Source: Saccostrea echinata
Taxonomy: Eukaryota
Assembly: GCF_033153115.1 (NCBI RefSeq)
Contig: NW_026889759.1
Location: 14,012,001 to 14,076,000, forward strand
Reading direction: 5' to 3'
DNA: 64,000 bases
In this document: in pieces, positions 1 to 12,048 of the stretch
How the letters are laid out: every line of letters begins with the position of its first letter
Numbering within the stretch: position 1 is the stretch's first letter
Made by a program: the position numbers and the translations under genes
Notes under the pieces: generated by a model
The model's database searches: none
The model's input: the letters and a program-made list of their open reading frames with translations, nothing else
Told to the model about the DNA's origin: nothing

Positions 1-702
1 ATACAAAAATGATCAAATTTTAAAACTAAAATGTATGAAATTTTTGTTTGCCAAATGATAGTTGACAGCTTATAATAAGATATCATATCTAAAAAATTAA
101 GTTATATCTGATGGTTAATTTGTTGACCCCCCAGCCTCCTTAATTCTTTTAAAGATATTCAAACTCAAAAATATTGTAAATATTTCGATTTATATTCATT
201 TGTTGATTTTATAAATAAATGATTTATTTGGCAAAGGTATTTTCATTGAAAATTTCCCCCAAAATGTGCCCTACACCTGAGTTTGACATGCCCCCCTGAA
301 AAATCTAAGTGGATGACCCATTTATTTTTTGGCATAATTTGCTGGTAAATTGTCTTGTTAACATTGTCCTTTAATATGAATAAAAATTCTATTGCAGAAT
401 TTTTTCAATGATCACTCTTATACCCTACACTGGCAATTCCCCATTACTTTCTATAGTAATTATCGATTTCCATCGCCAACTTTTGAAACGCTCCCCATTA
501 AAAATCTACATCGATGACCATATGATTTTTTTTTATTGATTTTAACTCACCAAAAGTCACTTTACCTCATATTAAAATTTGAATAAAAAATCTATTGCAG
601 AAATGAATTAGGTCCGTCGTCATTAAAGAAACTGTTCATAAAATTTTCACCAAACTTCATACACTAAATAAATACATGTACCAATTTGTGAGAGCTATCA
701 AA

Positions 703-1289
703 GGGCACACTTGTTTCATAAGCCGGGTCAAGCTGGTTGATACTTCCAGAAGCGGGCAAGTAACTTGTTTCAAATATTTTTAAGCCGCCAGGCGGTCAGA
801 AAGTAGCCCGGATCGCCCGAAAAAATTCGAGCAGGCAGATGAAAAGCAATATGGCAGAAAACGGAGGTAGAAATTTTCTTGATGGTGAAATATTCCTTTT
901 TTTTATCATTTGCAGTAGTTTGTTTCAATAAACATACAGTACCAAGATAATAAGTAACTTTTACAACATGTCTATTTATATTTGCACGACCAACGCTTCC
1001 TCTTTTTTAATTTTTAAAGCTACTTTTCAGTTTTGTTTGAAACGAGGCACTGTGCTCCACGGATTTTGCATTGAATGGATCTAGTAAATATTAAAATGCA
1101 AATATGTCCATAAAAAAAATTGTCCTCGTGCATTCAGAGAAAATTATTTATTACAGCAACAGCACCGATAACGGTATCAGCCATTTTCCGGCCGAATTTT
1201 CACTCGTTTCAGCCACAATAACCGGGTCAATATGTCATGTGATAAAAGTGAACCGGGTCATCACCTGGATGTTTGAAACAAGTGCGCCC
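703..1289. mobile_element. Non-autonomous DNA transposon (MITE), possibly PIF/Harbinger-like
   Basis: Terminal inverted repeats gggcacacttgtttca (703) / tgaaacaagtgcgccc (1289); no coding capacity; TSD ambiguous (aaa). Confidence 0.6.
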
Positions 1290-1348
1290 AAATTGTGTCA
1301 TAATTTTCTGACCTTGACCTTCCCTATGACCATTATCTTTTCAAGATA

Positions 1349-1505
1349 CAGTCTAACCTCATTATTTTGAACTTGATGGGATCGAGAAAAAACTTTGAGA
1401 TATCGAGGGTAAAATACTTAAAAATAAGTGGTTGGGACTTGCAAATCACTTTGACATATCCATGGTATTTGAGATATCAGTGTTTGAGATACCGAAGTTC
1501 AACTG
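1349..1505. mobile_element. Tc1/mariner (pogo/Tigger-like) MITE
   Basis: TA|cagtctaacctc ... gaagttcaactg|TA; TA TSD and imperfect TIRs. Confidence 0.6.
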
Positions 1506-1597
1506 TATTTTAATCAAACTTTATACAAAGTAACATAATGGTAAGAGCAATATAAAACTAACAGAATTTTCTGACCTTAACTTTCCTTATGACTTTG

Positions 1598-1938
1598 ACC
1601 AGTCAGTCAATGCCATTGACGGATTATTTGGAAATCCCACAGAAGATGACTTAAATGCTACTGGCATGGTGAGGATGGTTATGAGAGGGGTATGGCATAA
1701 AAAACATCCTATATCTAGTTATCACCGGTTAGATTTCAATTTAGCTTTTTTAAATTGTGTGCCATTACAAGGAAAATAAGCATGAAAAATAGATTTTGTT
1801 CACAGGAAGTAGATATTGGAGTAGCACCATTTGCCGTAACAGCTACCTGTGATAGGGGTCATAGACTACGTGTTACCTTTTCAAGAAGATGGTGTTGGGA
1901 TACTAATGAAGAGAGTGGAAAACAAAGCAGACAAATTT
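1598..1938 (+). pseudogene. Inverted, unprocessed fragment of iGluR-A (exon 9, intron 9, 5' part of exon 10)
   Basis: Reverse-complement match to 16391-16728 including the intron; encodes ..[25 protein letters not shown] and [16 protein letters not shown]; +1 G frameshift (gataggggtc vs gatagggtc); R-to-C at the ligand-binding Arg. Confidence 0.9.
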
Positions 1939-2489
1939 GAGGCTAAAAGGTCAAGGTCACAAATTCACATTTAATGCAAAATGGTTTCCAGACTCACATC
2001 AATACTGTCTATAATCAAAATATATCCTAAGATGATCAAAGGTGAAAGGGTCAGAGATCAAAGAAAAATCTTGTATATTGTTACAAATTGTTTCTGGCTA
2101 ATTTGTCCATAAGCTTGGGACATAAATTCCTTGAATTAGCTTGTTTATTGTGTATCACCTCAAATCCGTCAATGACTACCCTTGGCATACCATGATAATC
2201 AGAGATGATTAGAAACACCTGACAGTTAAGTTTCCATACAAGTACAGTTTGAAGTATAAAGTAGCAGTTGTGGAAAAACAAATTCTTTAGAGATTCTCTA
2301 AACTTGGATAATTTTTTTAAAAAATGTAGCCTTTCATTGGGTAGTTACCATACATTCTCATAGTATATAAAAAAGTTGGTAGAACTAGTAAATTGTTTCT
2401 TTTGAATATGCTACATTTGTGAATGAAATACATATAATTTTTTTGACACTTCTCATTTGTTGTGATGTCCTTTTCCATTAAGCATTGTA

Positions 2490-3136
2490 GGGAATCAGCA
2501 TGTGGAATGTTTTTGTAGCCTTTTTCCCTATACATTCACATATAAAATTTTGAAAACACTGCATAACTGAGTCACCTTTTAATGGTTCTTTTGTCAACTT
2601 CGATTGAAATTGGCCACGTGGCTCTAAAGAAGTCAAAAATGTAAAAAAGACATAGACAAATTTTGATTTAGAAAGCTCACTTGAGCCTTCAGCTTGGTGA
2701 GCTACAACTTTGAATAGAGTAAAGAAACTTACATATTCATATGACTCATTATGCATGTTTAAAGCCTAGCTGTTCTTCATAAGTTTTTTTTACAATAAAT
2801 TCCCATGTAAAACTTCGATCTCTTACTTTGGGCCCATCCTACCCCCAGGAACCAGGATTTGAACACTGGCTAGAGATGCTTGCAAATTACTATGAATATC
2901 GCGGCCCTCTTGTTCTTGAGCTGATGATTTTTATGACACCACCAGTTTTTCATCCTTGGAAGAGGAAACTGGCCCGGTACATACTTGTTTCCCCTTTACC
3001 CATGGATGGTTTGACGAAAGACTGAATGAAATTGGCCCAGCGGTTCTGGAAAAGAAAATGTCCCAAGTTTACATACAACATGAGATGAACGACAGACAGA
3101 TCGATGCTGGACACACTTTGATCAGGTGAGCTAAAA
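2490..3136 (+). repeat. Degenerate fragments of the satellite-bearing Helentron-like element
   Basis: Terminal motifs aaagctcacttgagccttcagcttggtgagcta (~2672-2704) and caggtgagctaaaa (~3123-3136) plus decayed satellite monomers. Confidence 0.6.
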
Positions 3137-3252
3137 ACAAAACAAGTTTAGAGATTTGCAGCCTGTTTTAATGTAAAACATTCACAACAGCACATTTCTT
3201 GAAAAAAAAAATTCCATTCTCTAGAAGTGTACAATTCAAGTTAAAATCAATT

Positions 3253-4921
3253 TCATTCAGTTGGGGGAAAAAATCTTCTAAAAGCTTCTTCAAGCCTAAA
3301 ACGAATAGAGTCAAACGAATTTCCAATTTCAGAGAAGTCTGTTTCCTTTAAAAATAAGTCTTGATATTCTGGTAAAATTTCTTTTTCCTTGTAGATTTTA
3401 TCCTTCACTAAATTTCTTTCGACAACTTGATTGTATCCCAGAAGTGCCCCTACACCCAGCTGAAGAATCACATTAATTCCTATAACTCTATAATAACGTC
3501 TATTTCCTCTGAAGCTGAATTCTGTCAAGAATTTCTTCATTTGCTTTCCAACATGTTTTGAAAGAGATAAACCCGATTTTTTCCCTTGTTCCCAAGTAAC
3601 AACCAGGAAAGGATATGAGGCAGTAATAATAGGCAGTGCTGCACCAAATACCAACTGTTCTCCTGTACTTAATGCAATCGCATGATCATCACTTAAATCT
3701 CCTGCAGTAATTGGTAAAGTCACATCATGTTTATAAGCAAATTTGGTGAAAATATGAGTGATGACCATATTAGGTGCAAGAAGCAATGCCACAGTTAAGT
3801 TATGAAGTCTACTGGCAGAAAATCTGTACCAGGTGAATGTTGTAGCAGCCAGACCAAGGGCAGAGCTAATTCCTGCTATATTAGGAGCTTGTCTGAGTGT
3901 TGTCCTGTAATAAAAAATAGGAGATATTGTTTTAAATTTCACAGATATCTGCTGAGAAACTACACACTTTCATATTATCTCATCATCTTATATTACCTGG
4001 TGGTGAATTTTGCAGATAACAACTAAGAATAACATATCCTTACCATTTAAATGATCTTTCTCGAAAACAAGAGGCCCACGGGCCATATCGCTCACCTGAG
4101 CACTTTGGCTAGGAAAAAGCAGAAAATTAATCAGTTCAGTATTGAAAAGTATAAATATGACCAATCACAGCTTTGCTGTTTCATGAGAAGAAGATTTTTA
4201 AAGATTTTTCCTATGTATTCCTATATAAAACTTTGATCACCCATTATGGCCCCATCCTACCCCCCGGGGGTCATGATTTGAACAAACTTGAATCTACACT
4301 TCCTGAGGATGCTTCATTATAAATACGACCAATCATGGCTTTGCTGTTCTTGAGAAGAAGATTTTTAAAGATTTTTCCTATGTATTACTATGTAAGACTT
4401 TGATCACCATTGTGGCCCCACCCTACTCCCCAGGGATCATGATTAGAACAAACTAAAATCTACACTACCTCAGGATGCTTACATATAAATATGACCAATA
4501 ACAGCTTTGCTGTTCTCGAGAAGAAGATTTTAAAAGAATTTTCCTTATAATTTATTCCTATGTAAAACTTTGATCACCCATTGCGGCCCCACCCTACCCC
4601 TAGGGTCATGATTTGAACAAACTTGAATCTACACTACCTGAGGATGCTACCATATAAATACGACCAATCATGGCTTTGCTGTTCCTGAGAAGAAGATTTT
4701 TAAAGATTTTTCCTATGTATTACTATGTAAAATTTTGATCCCCCATTGTGGCCCCACCCTACCCCCGGGGGTCATGATTTGAAAAAACTTGAATCTACAC
4801 TACCTGACAATGATTCCACTTAAGATTCATATTTTCAAGCACAGTGGTTCTTGAGAAGAAGATTTTTAAATGATGCCATTAATTTTACATAAAATCTTGA
4901 TTATCTCCCCTTGGGAGATGG

Positions 4922-4953
<32 letters not shown>

Positions 4954-5007
4954 TTTACCCAAGAATACTTTTTGGCAAGTTTGGTTGAAATTAGCTCAGT
5001 GGTTCTT

Positions 5008-5039
<32 letters not shown>

Positions 5040-7068
5040 TGACGACGACAACAGACAACGGACAAATTTCAATCAGAAAAGCTCACTAAAAAGAGCATGA
5101 TATAATAATTGAAATTGCATGAAATAATAATTTAAGTCCTCACAAACAAAGTGAAGTGGATGGGGTGCACTGGAATTGGAATGTTTGTCTGTCTATAGAC
5201 ATACACGTACACTATAAGGCCTAGAATCATCAAACTTTGTCGGCTGATGAAACTTGAGTAGAGGATTTATCACAAATTAAGGTTAGGCATGGCCGTAGGA
5301 ACCGGGGGGGGGGGGGGGGGGGGGGGGCAATGTATGGAATACTATAGATACTATAGAAAACTGTGGCTTGTGCCCCTTCAATAAAAAATGCTGATGACCT
5401 TTTTTTTCTTTTTTTCTTTGCTTGTCAAGGAATTTTGGTAGTTGATAGTGCCCCCTCAACTGAAAATGTTTGGCTGTGCCCCCCTAAACTGAAATTGCTT
5501 CCTACGGGCCTGTTAGGTCAGGGCCAAATGAGGCAAAACCCTATCCAACTCGTAACTGGAAAATAATATGGCTTAGAATCATCAAACTTGGTCATTTGGA
5601 TAGAATCTGTGTCTCACCCTCAATGTGTCAGTGTGACCTTTTATTAAGATTATATATCCAAATATGTCAAAACCCTCTTTTCAGCTCAAGTAAATGCGAG
5701 ACCTAGTCAAGAAACTTTGACAGTTGGTGCATCTGTAGAGAAATGTGAATTGCAGCTTAAAACAGGTCATTAAAACTTATCAAATGACCAAATATTAAAA
5801 AGGAAAGCTCTAAGTTTTAAGCGAGATAATCCCTACAAATCTAAGAGTAATACAGATAACTTTGTTTTTAACAATAATGACATAGATGTGTAATTACAAA
5901 AGAATTTGCCAATGGTGTTATGAATAGCAATTGCTCTGCTGGCATAATCCATGATATGGGCTAGCGCATCATGGAAAATATGCTAGCAGAACTATTGTTA
6001 TTCATTACGCTATTTACTGAATAAATGTTGTTTATTACTTATATTTGCATACCATGATTTGTCAAGAATGACAGAGGAAAGACTGACTGGGATTTGTACA
6101 TGTTGCAGTAAAAATTGTTCTGAATTATGCTACAGCTGCAAAAGACAAAATGATAATTTTTTCTCCACTTTCCATTTATTGTGCTGTCCATCACTGCCTT
6201 GTGCAGCAAAGTATGCAGAAATCATTGGCATCATACATGTGCTTCTCATGGGCTGCTCATAAGCATTTATCAGGTTGGGACCAATCGCCCAAATGGGATA
6301 TAATAGCCCATTTGGGATATAATATCCCAAATGGGATATAAATTTACAGTGCAAAAAATGAAAAAAATTAGTTTGGCTATAGATATCATAAATCCACATC
6401 AAGAAACTTATAAAGGAATAACTTTTGGTTAACAAGTTTTTCTGTATGCCCACTGTTTAGGAGATTGATCCCTCAGAAGTTCCTAAACTCCTTGGGGATC
6501 AATCTAACAAACTGTAGGGTTGCAGAAAAACTTGCTTGTCAAAAGTTATTCCTTTTTAAGTACTTTAATGTGGATTTATGATATTTAGAGCCAAAATAAA
6601 AAAAAATAATCTTTTTTGCACTGTAAATTTGTATCCAGTTTGGGATATTATATCCCAAACGAGCTATTATACCCTACTTGAGCGATTGGTCCCAACCTGT
6701 TTATTAGAATGTGGTATGGGAAACAAAGATCCAAAGTTTATCCCTTTTGTCATCTGAATTAAGATCTGAATATTTCAGAAATCAGCTTGTTTGTTGTATT
6801 CCCATTACTAAATTGAGAAACAGCACACTTGTTTGGTCACAATAAATATACTTTTTTCAATTGGTGGCACTGTAGCTCTATGGTTGTCCATTCCATTTTT
6901 TTTTTCAGACCAGAGCTACAGATCTGCAGCTAAACTGCTAAAGTGAACAAAGGAAAAAAAAACATCATTGACTTTAACTTACGTTTGACTTTTAATCCTC
7001 TTATAATTTTCATCTTCAACACTTTCATAAACTTTCTGAGGAGTTACCTCTCCTTGCCCTTCAGACAT
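3253..7068 (-). CDS. TMEM126: TMEM126-like mitochondrial inner-membrane protein (complex I assembly factor family), ~245 aa
   Basis: Coding exons 7068-6983 (MSEGQGEVTPQKVYESVEDENYKRIKSQ, phase-2 donor gtaagt) and 3904-3253 (ttacag acceptor) join in frame. Motifs GISSALG, LPITAGDL, QLVFGAALPIITA and NVILQLGVGALLGYNQ align by eye with human TMEM126A GLNAALC, FPLNTGDL, GLVIGGLYPVFLA and PILLQTMFSAYLGSEQ. Confidence 0.7.
4067..5090 (+). mobile_element. Non-autonomous Helentron/HINE-like element with ~166-bp tandem satellite (Cg170/BclI-like)
   Basis: Starts aacaagaggcccacgggccatatcgctcacctgag; monomers (gaatctacactacctgaggatg at ~4290, 4456, 4625, 4791) contain tgatca; gac-microsatellite and aaaagctcac end; lies in the TMEM126 intron. 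Confidence 0.85.
5288..5512. mobile_element. MITE with G-tract and 5-bp TSD
   Basis: catggccgtaggaa ... ttcctacgggcctg, flanked by ttagg on both sides. Confidence 0.65.
5916..6010. repeat. Short imperfect palindromic element
   Basis: atgaatagcaat..tctgctggcata..ccatgat / atcatgg..tatgctagcaga..attgttattcat. Confidence 0.55.
6271..6699. mobile_element. Foldback MITE (whole-length hairpin), 5-bp TSD
   Basis: caggttgggaccaatcgc ... gcgattggtcccaacctg; ~210-bp arms pair to a centre near 6485; tttat on both flanks. Confidence 0.85.
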
Positions 7069-8289
7069 TTTTCAGTCTTTCTTGTCCACGTTAATGTTTT
7101 CCTAGAAAATATAATAATAATTATCAGTGCAATAGTAACACTAAACAGCGAAACGCCTTACAACATTTATGGTCAGTGGCTGTATCTGTATTTTGCTGCT
7201 GTAGAGCAGAGTCAAAACAAATCATTTCGAATGTCCTCTGTTTTTCATTTGTATGGTGTCAGTTAAAAAATAAAAAAAATACTTACTTTTAGTTTAAATG
7301 GTATAAAAGTTTTAAAAGCACATTTTGATTCTGGCACCTGCATTAATTAATAAAATTTGAGCTAAATTTCAACTGTACAACCAATACCGTTTTACACATG
7401 TTTGCAGGCAGTCATAAACTGGTGCTTCACACAGGGAGTGAGAACCAGTTTGACTTTGGGTAAAACAAGTTCTTTGGAGGATCCCTGGACATCTCAGTTC
7501 ATCATATCTTCAAATCGATCCATATAAAACTGAAACAGTAAATGGTGTACTGTACACTGGCGACTAATACAAGTTAAAACACTCATTAAAACCAAAAATC
7601 TGCTATTAGCTTTTTTAAAAGATATCCTATTTCTGTTTATGATATTTTTTTTAAAAAAAGCTAATTTCAGCCATTTCTAATTTTTTATTTTAATGATTGT
7701 ATTAAGACAGACATAGAAAAACACATAATACACAAAACACCATTCTAAAACCAAGCGCCAATACCTTGAACTACTCTGCTATAAACTTTCGTCCAAAATA
7801 TAAATTTGTGGGTTACTCTTGATTAAAATAGTAATGCAAGATTCGTATAAATTGTGAGCAGCTAATGTTTATCCACTTCTATGTTATAATTAAATCAAGG
7901 AATATGCTGGGTGCATGATGAAATGATTAGATACATCTACCATCCATTTGTCTCATTTTTATTCATTCTTTGGAATTACAGTATATAGTATTATATGACA
8001 TCAGAAATGATGCAATTTTTGCAATCCAATCAAAATGAGACAAAAATTTGCATTTTCCTTGACCTTTTTTTCATAAGGGAAAAATTTGAGTGCAGCTTTG
8101 AACAAGCAATTTTTTTTTTCTGTAAATACTAAATCAGTCTTGTATAGATACATATAAAATGTTTATTCTAATTTGCGCTTAATATTTTCCGAAGAAATAT
8201 TGCTTAATTAATACATCTGTAAAAAGCATTTTTATACAAAATATGCTAAAATAGCGAGAAATGTTGAAATTAAGGATGTTATATTTCTA

Positions 8290-9317
8290 AACAAGAGGCC
8301 CATGGGTCACATCGCTCACCTGAGCACTTTGGCTAGGAGTTCCGTATTTTATGAGTGGTATCAACCTATCCCTAAGGGGAGAGGGGTATTATTTGAACAA
8401 ACTTGAATCTACACTAATTAAGGATGCTGCCATATTTCTTTGACAAACCATGGCTTAAGAAGTTTTAAAAAACATTTTTTTCCTATAAGTTTTATCTTCT
8501 ACTGTGGCCCCACCCTACCCCTGGGGTCATAATTTTAACAAACTTGAATTTACACTACCTGAAGATGCTTCCGTATAAATATTACCAATCATGGCTCTGT
8601 TGTTCTTGAGAAGAAGATTTTTAAAGATTTTTCCTATGTATTGATATATAAATCTTTGATTGTTCCATTGGGGCCATGCCCGACCCTCGGGGTCATGATC
8701 TGAACAAACTTGAATGCACGCTATCCGAGGTTGCTTCCATATAAATATGACCAATCATGGCTTTGCTGTTCTTGAGATGAAGATTTTTAAAGATTTTTTC
8801 CTATGTAAATCTTTGATAACCCATTGTGGCCCCACCCTACCCCCAGGGGTCATGATTTGAACAAATTTGAATGTACACTACCTGAGGTTGCTTCCATATA
8901 TATAATTATGACCAATCATGGCTCTGTTCTGGAAAAGATTTTTAAAGATTTTTCCCATGCATTCCCATGTTAATCTTTGATAGTTCATTGTGGCCCCGCC
9001 ACATATATCTATAATTTGAACAAACTTGAATCTACATTACCTGAGGATGTCTTCATATAAGTTTCATCTTTCCTGGCCCAGTGGTTCTGGAGAAGAAGAA
9101 TTTTAAAAGTCGCCATTAATTTTTCACTAATTTGTAATTATCTCCCATTGGAAGAAGGCTTGGCCCTTCATTTGAAAAAAAAACTTGAATCCCCTTTACC
9201 CAGAGATAATTTGTGGAAAATTTGGTTGAAATTGACCCAGTGGTTCTTGATAAGAAGTCGAAAATGTGAAAAGTTTACAGACGGACGGACAGCATGACGG
9301 ACGCCGGACAAAATGTT

Positions 9318-9360
<43 letters not shown>
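8290..9360 (+). mobile_element. Helentron/HINE-like element with ~166-bp satellite
   Basis: Same 5' end as the 4067 copy, 4-5 monomers, gacg microsatellite, 3' aaagctcacttgagctttcagctcaggtgagctaaaa. Confidence 0.85.
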
Positions 9361-9362
<2 letters not shown>

Positions 9363-11536
9363 GGGCATTTGGATCAGATTGAAAATCGTGAACACGCGGT
9401 TTCGGGTATATTGCGCCATATAAAATTCTCGTGAATAAAATTATATAAATTAGGGGACTGACAGCTACATAAGGAACAATATGGTATAAATGTAAACCCT
9501 TCTACAAAATAATCTAACATACCTGGATCACTTTTATAAAATGTTTAAATTAACGGGGGCCAAAATTGACTCGTATGATATATAGTCCTTTTTTCAACAG
9601 GTAGCAATACGCTTGCGTACTTTCTTTCTCGCATATAGATTATATAAAACAATAATACAATATTTATAATGGGTAGTGGCAGGCAGATGAGATGTATCTA
9701 TTTTCACGTAAAATTGAAATTATTAGTTAATAATTTAGTACCTATAAGCCTCAATAAAAACCCAAATAAGCAAATCATAACGCATGGGAGGGTCACTGTA
9801 CATACCGGTACACTGTAATAATGACATGTGATATTGAACACCTCCGGACAGATATTTTACGGTTTTAATTTAATACAGATACGGAAAAATTCTTATTAAT
9901 TTTGAGTTAATTAATTTAAATAATTAAAATAAATCAATGGGAAAATGTTTTAGTTGTATAATAAAGGTGTTATTGAACTTATATTGGTGAATTTTCGCAC
10001 GCTCGTGCATTTGTGCAGCCAACTCGTACTAATATTTGAAACTTGAAAAAAAGACCAAGGCTTTCCAGATTTATTTTATTTATACAATCATATTGACCAA
10101 AAAAAATCAGCTTTTTGTTACATTTTTTTTTTGTATTATTTAATTTTTTTTTTAATTTCAAGGACAATTTTTATAAAAAAAAAAAAAACTTAATAGCAAT
10201 TATATATACCATTAATTCCCCTGTTACATGTAATTCTAAACTACAAATTTACTGCGTTGCAAGAATACTTTAAAAAAAAAATCAACCAATAATTGAAAAA
10301 CTTTTTTAAAAAAAGCAATTATACAAACCATCAACTCCCCTGTTTATTCTAAAATACAAATTTACTGCGTTACAAGAATACTTTATTTTAAAATCAATCA
10401 ATAATTGAAAATGCAATAGCATTTTAAATGGATATTCAATGTTTTTAGTTGGTATCGCACTCCTGAAAATATAAATATTTAAAAGAAAAATCTCATGAAA
10501 TAAAATCCACATTGATTTTTCTTTTTATAATTTTTTTTTCTTTATCTATTTTTTTTTATTCTCTACTAGCTGTCTCTCTATTAATATTCAAAACATATTG
10601 CAATGAAGGTATACAAAGGTGCATTTAAAAAGAAAAATATTGAAATGAAATAAAGGGATCAGTAAATTTAAACAAAAAGCCAACTTTAATTAAATTCAAA
10701 CTTTAATAGCATTTTGAACATTAAAATATGAGAGGTTTTATTTGATTTTTTTTTAAATTGATTTTAAAAAAGGCGAACTTGTATTGCCACCTAAAACTTT
10801 GCATTTCTAATTGGAAAAAATAATACCTGTGAAAATATAAATTTTATTCAACGGATGGTATATGTATGATTAGCAGTATTTCACTGTTGAAAATGAAATG
10901 CCTTCATACTACCGTAAATACTTTTGAAGAAACAAATTTTACAGATTTTGTCAAAACGCAGCCTTTTTTCTTCATATATAGTAGAGTTACGATAGTAAAA
11001 ATTAGAAAACCATGATATTCCAGGAGCTCCCGTGGGCTTTGCCTCTTGGCCCCCACCAGGGCCCAGGCTGAATGCACTGGATCCGCTGGGGACCTCAAGG
11101 TGGTCTCAGACCCTTGCCTTTTGTTAAATACAGTAATCTTTTTGCTATCTACACTACTGTATATCATCAGACCATGTTTATTGAAATATCATATAATACT
11201 ATCATTAACATACATATCATGTCAGACCATAATCAACAACATGAAATGTAAAGATAACGAACCATACCCAAAGTCTAATTTATATAGCTGAGAACACAGC
11301 AATCCCATCTTCTGTCAACTGGTCAAAACAAAGGTTCATGCTTATCATGATATCAAAACAAACCATGATTGACAAATCATTTACATAGTATCTCAGATAA
11401 TAATCAGTATACACACACATATTATACTTGCAGATCAATTGTATAAAAATATCATTAAACATGCAATTCATAGCAGACCATGATCAACGCAATACATGTT
11501 CCATATCACCCCATGATCAACACATATCAAAGATTA

Positions 11537-11775
11537 CGGTAACCTTGTGGTTGGGCGCTCACTTCGTAACCGGTAGGCCCGGGTTCGATCCCTATTCCTT
11601 CGTTACATCAAACCGAAGAATTTAACATAGGTAGTGACTGTTCATTCATCAAGCACCCGACACCATAGAAGTGAAAGTCACAGGTTTTCTGGATATGATT
11701 AAAAAACGAATGTCTGTGTCACGGTACGCATTGACACGATAAAGAACTCCACTGCTACAGCCGTAAGCGCTATGT
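11537..11775 (+). mobile_element. Degenerate tRNA-derived SINE with Deu/Nin-like core
   Basis: B-box-like gggttcgatccc, then gtgtcacggtacgcattgacacgataaagaactcc; homologous to 54879-55185. Confidence 0.65.
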
Positions 11776-12048
11776 TGTCATTGACATTAAAATGTCCAAA
11801 CGAGCTGCCGTCTCCAAACTGAAAGCTCTACAACTGAACAACATCATGATTAACAAAATATTATATCAGATAATTTTCAGACAATGGTCATCATAATGTG
11901 GTGCTAGAACTGACCACGATCAACATGATATCATGATTAATGAAATACCGAATGAGAGAATTCATTGTAATGTGAAAAAAAATGAAAAGATTTCTCATTT
12001 ATTTTCACAAAACAAATCCAATCCTTCAAGAAAAAGAAATACAGTCTC

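Noticed and set aside
3997-4022. 26-nt AG/GT-bounded micro-exon in the TMEM126 intron
   Set aside because: Flanking exons already join in frame; inclusion frameshifts to an early stop; no other support
10200-11520. Short degenerate tandem duplications (~119-bp pair at 10210-10440; cagaccatg repeats at 11165-11520)
   Set aside because: Ordinary local slippage or duplication with no further structure seen
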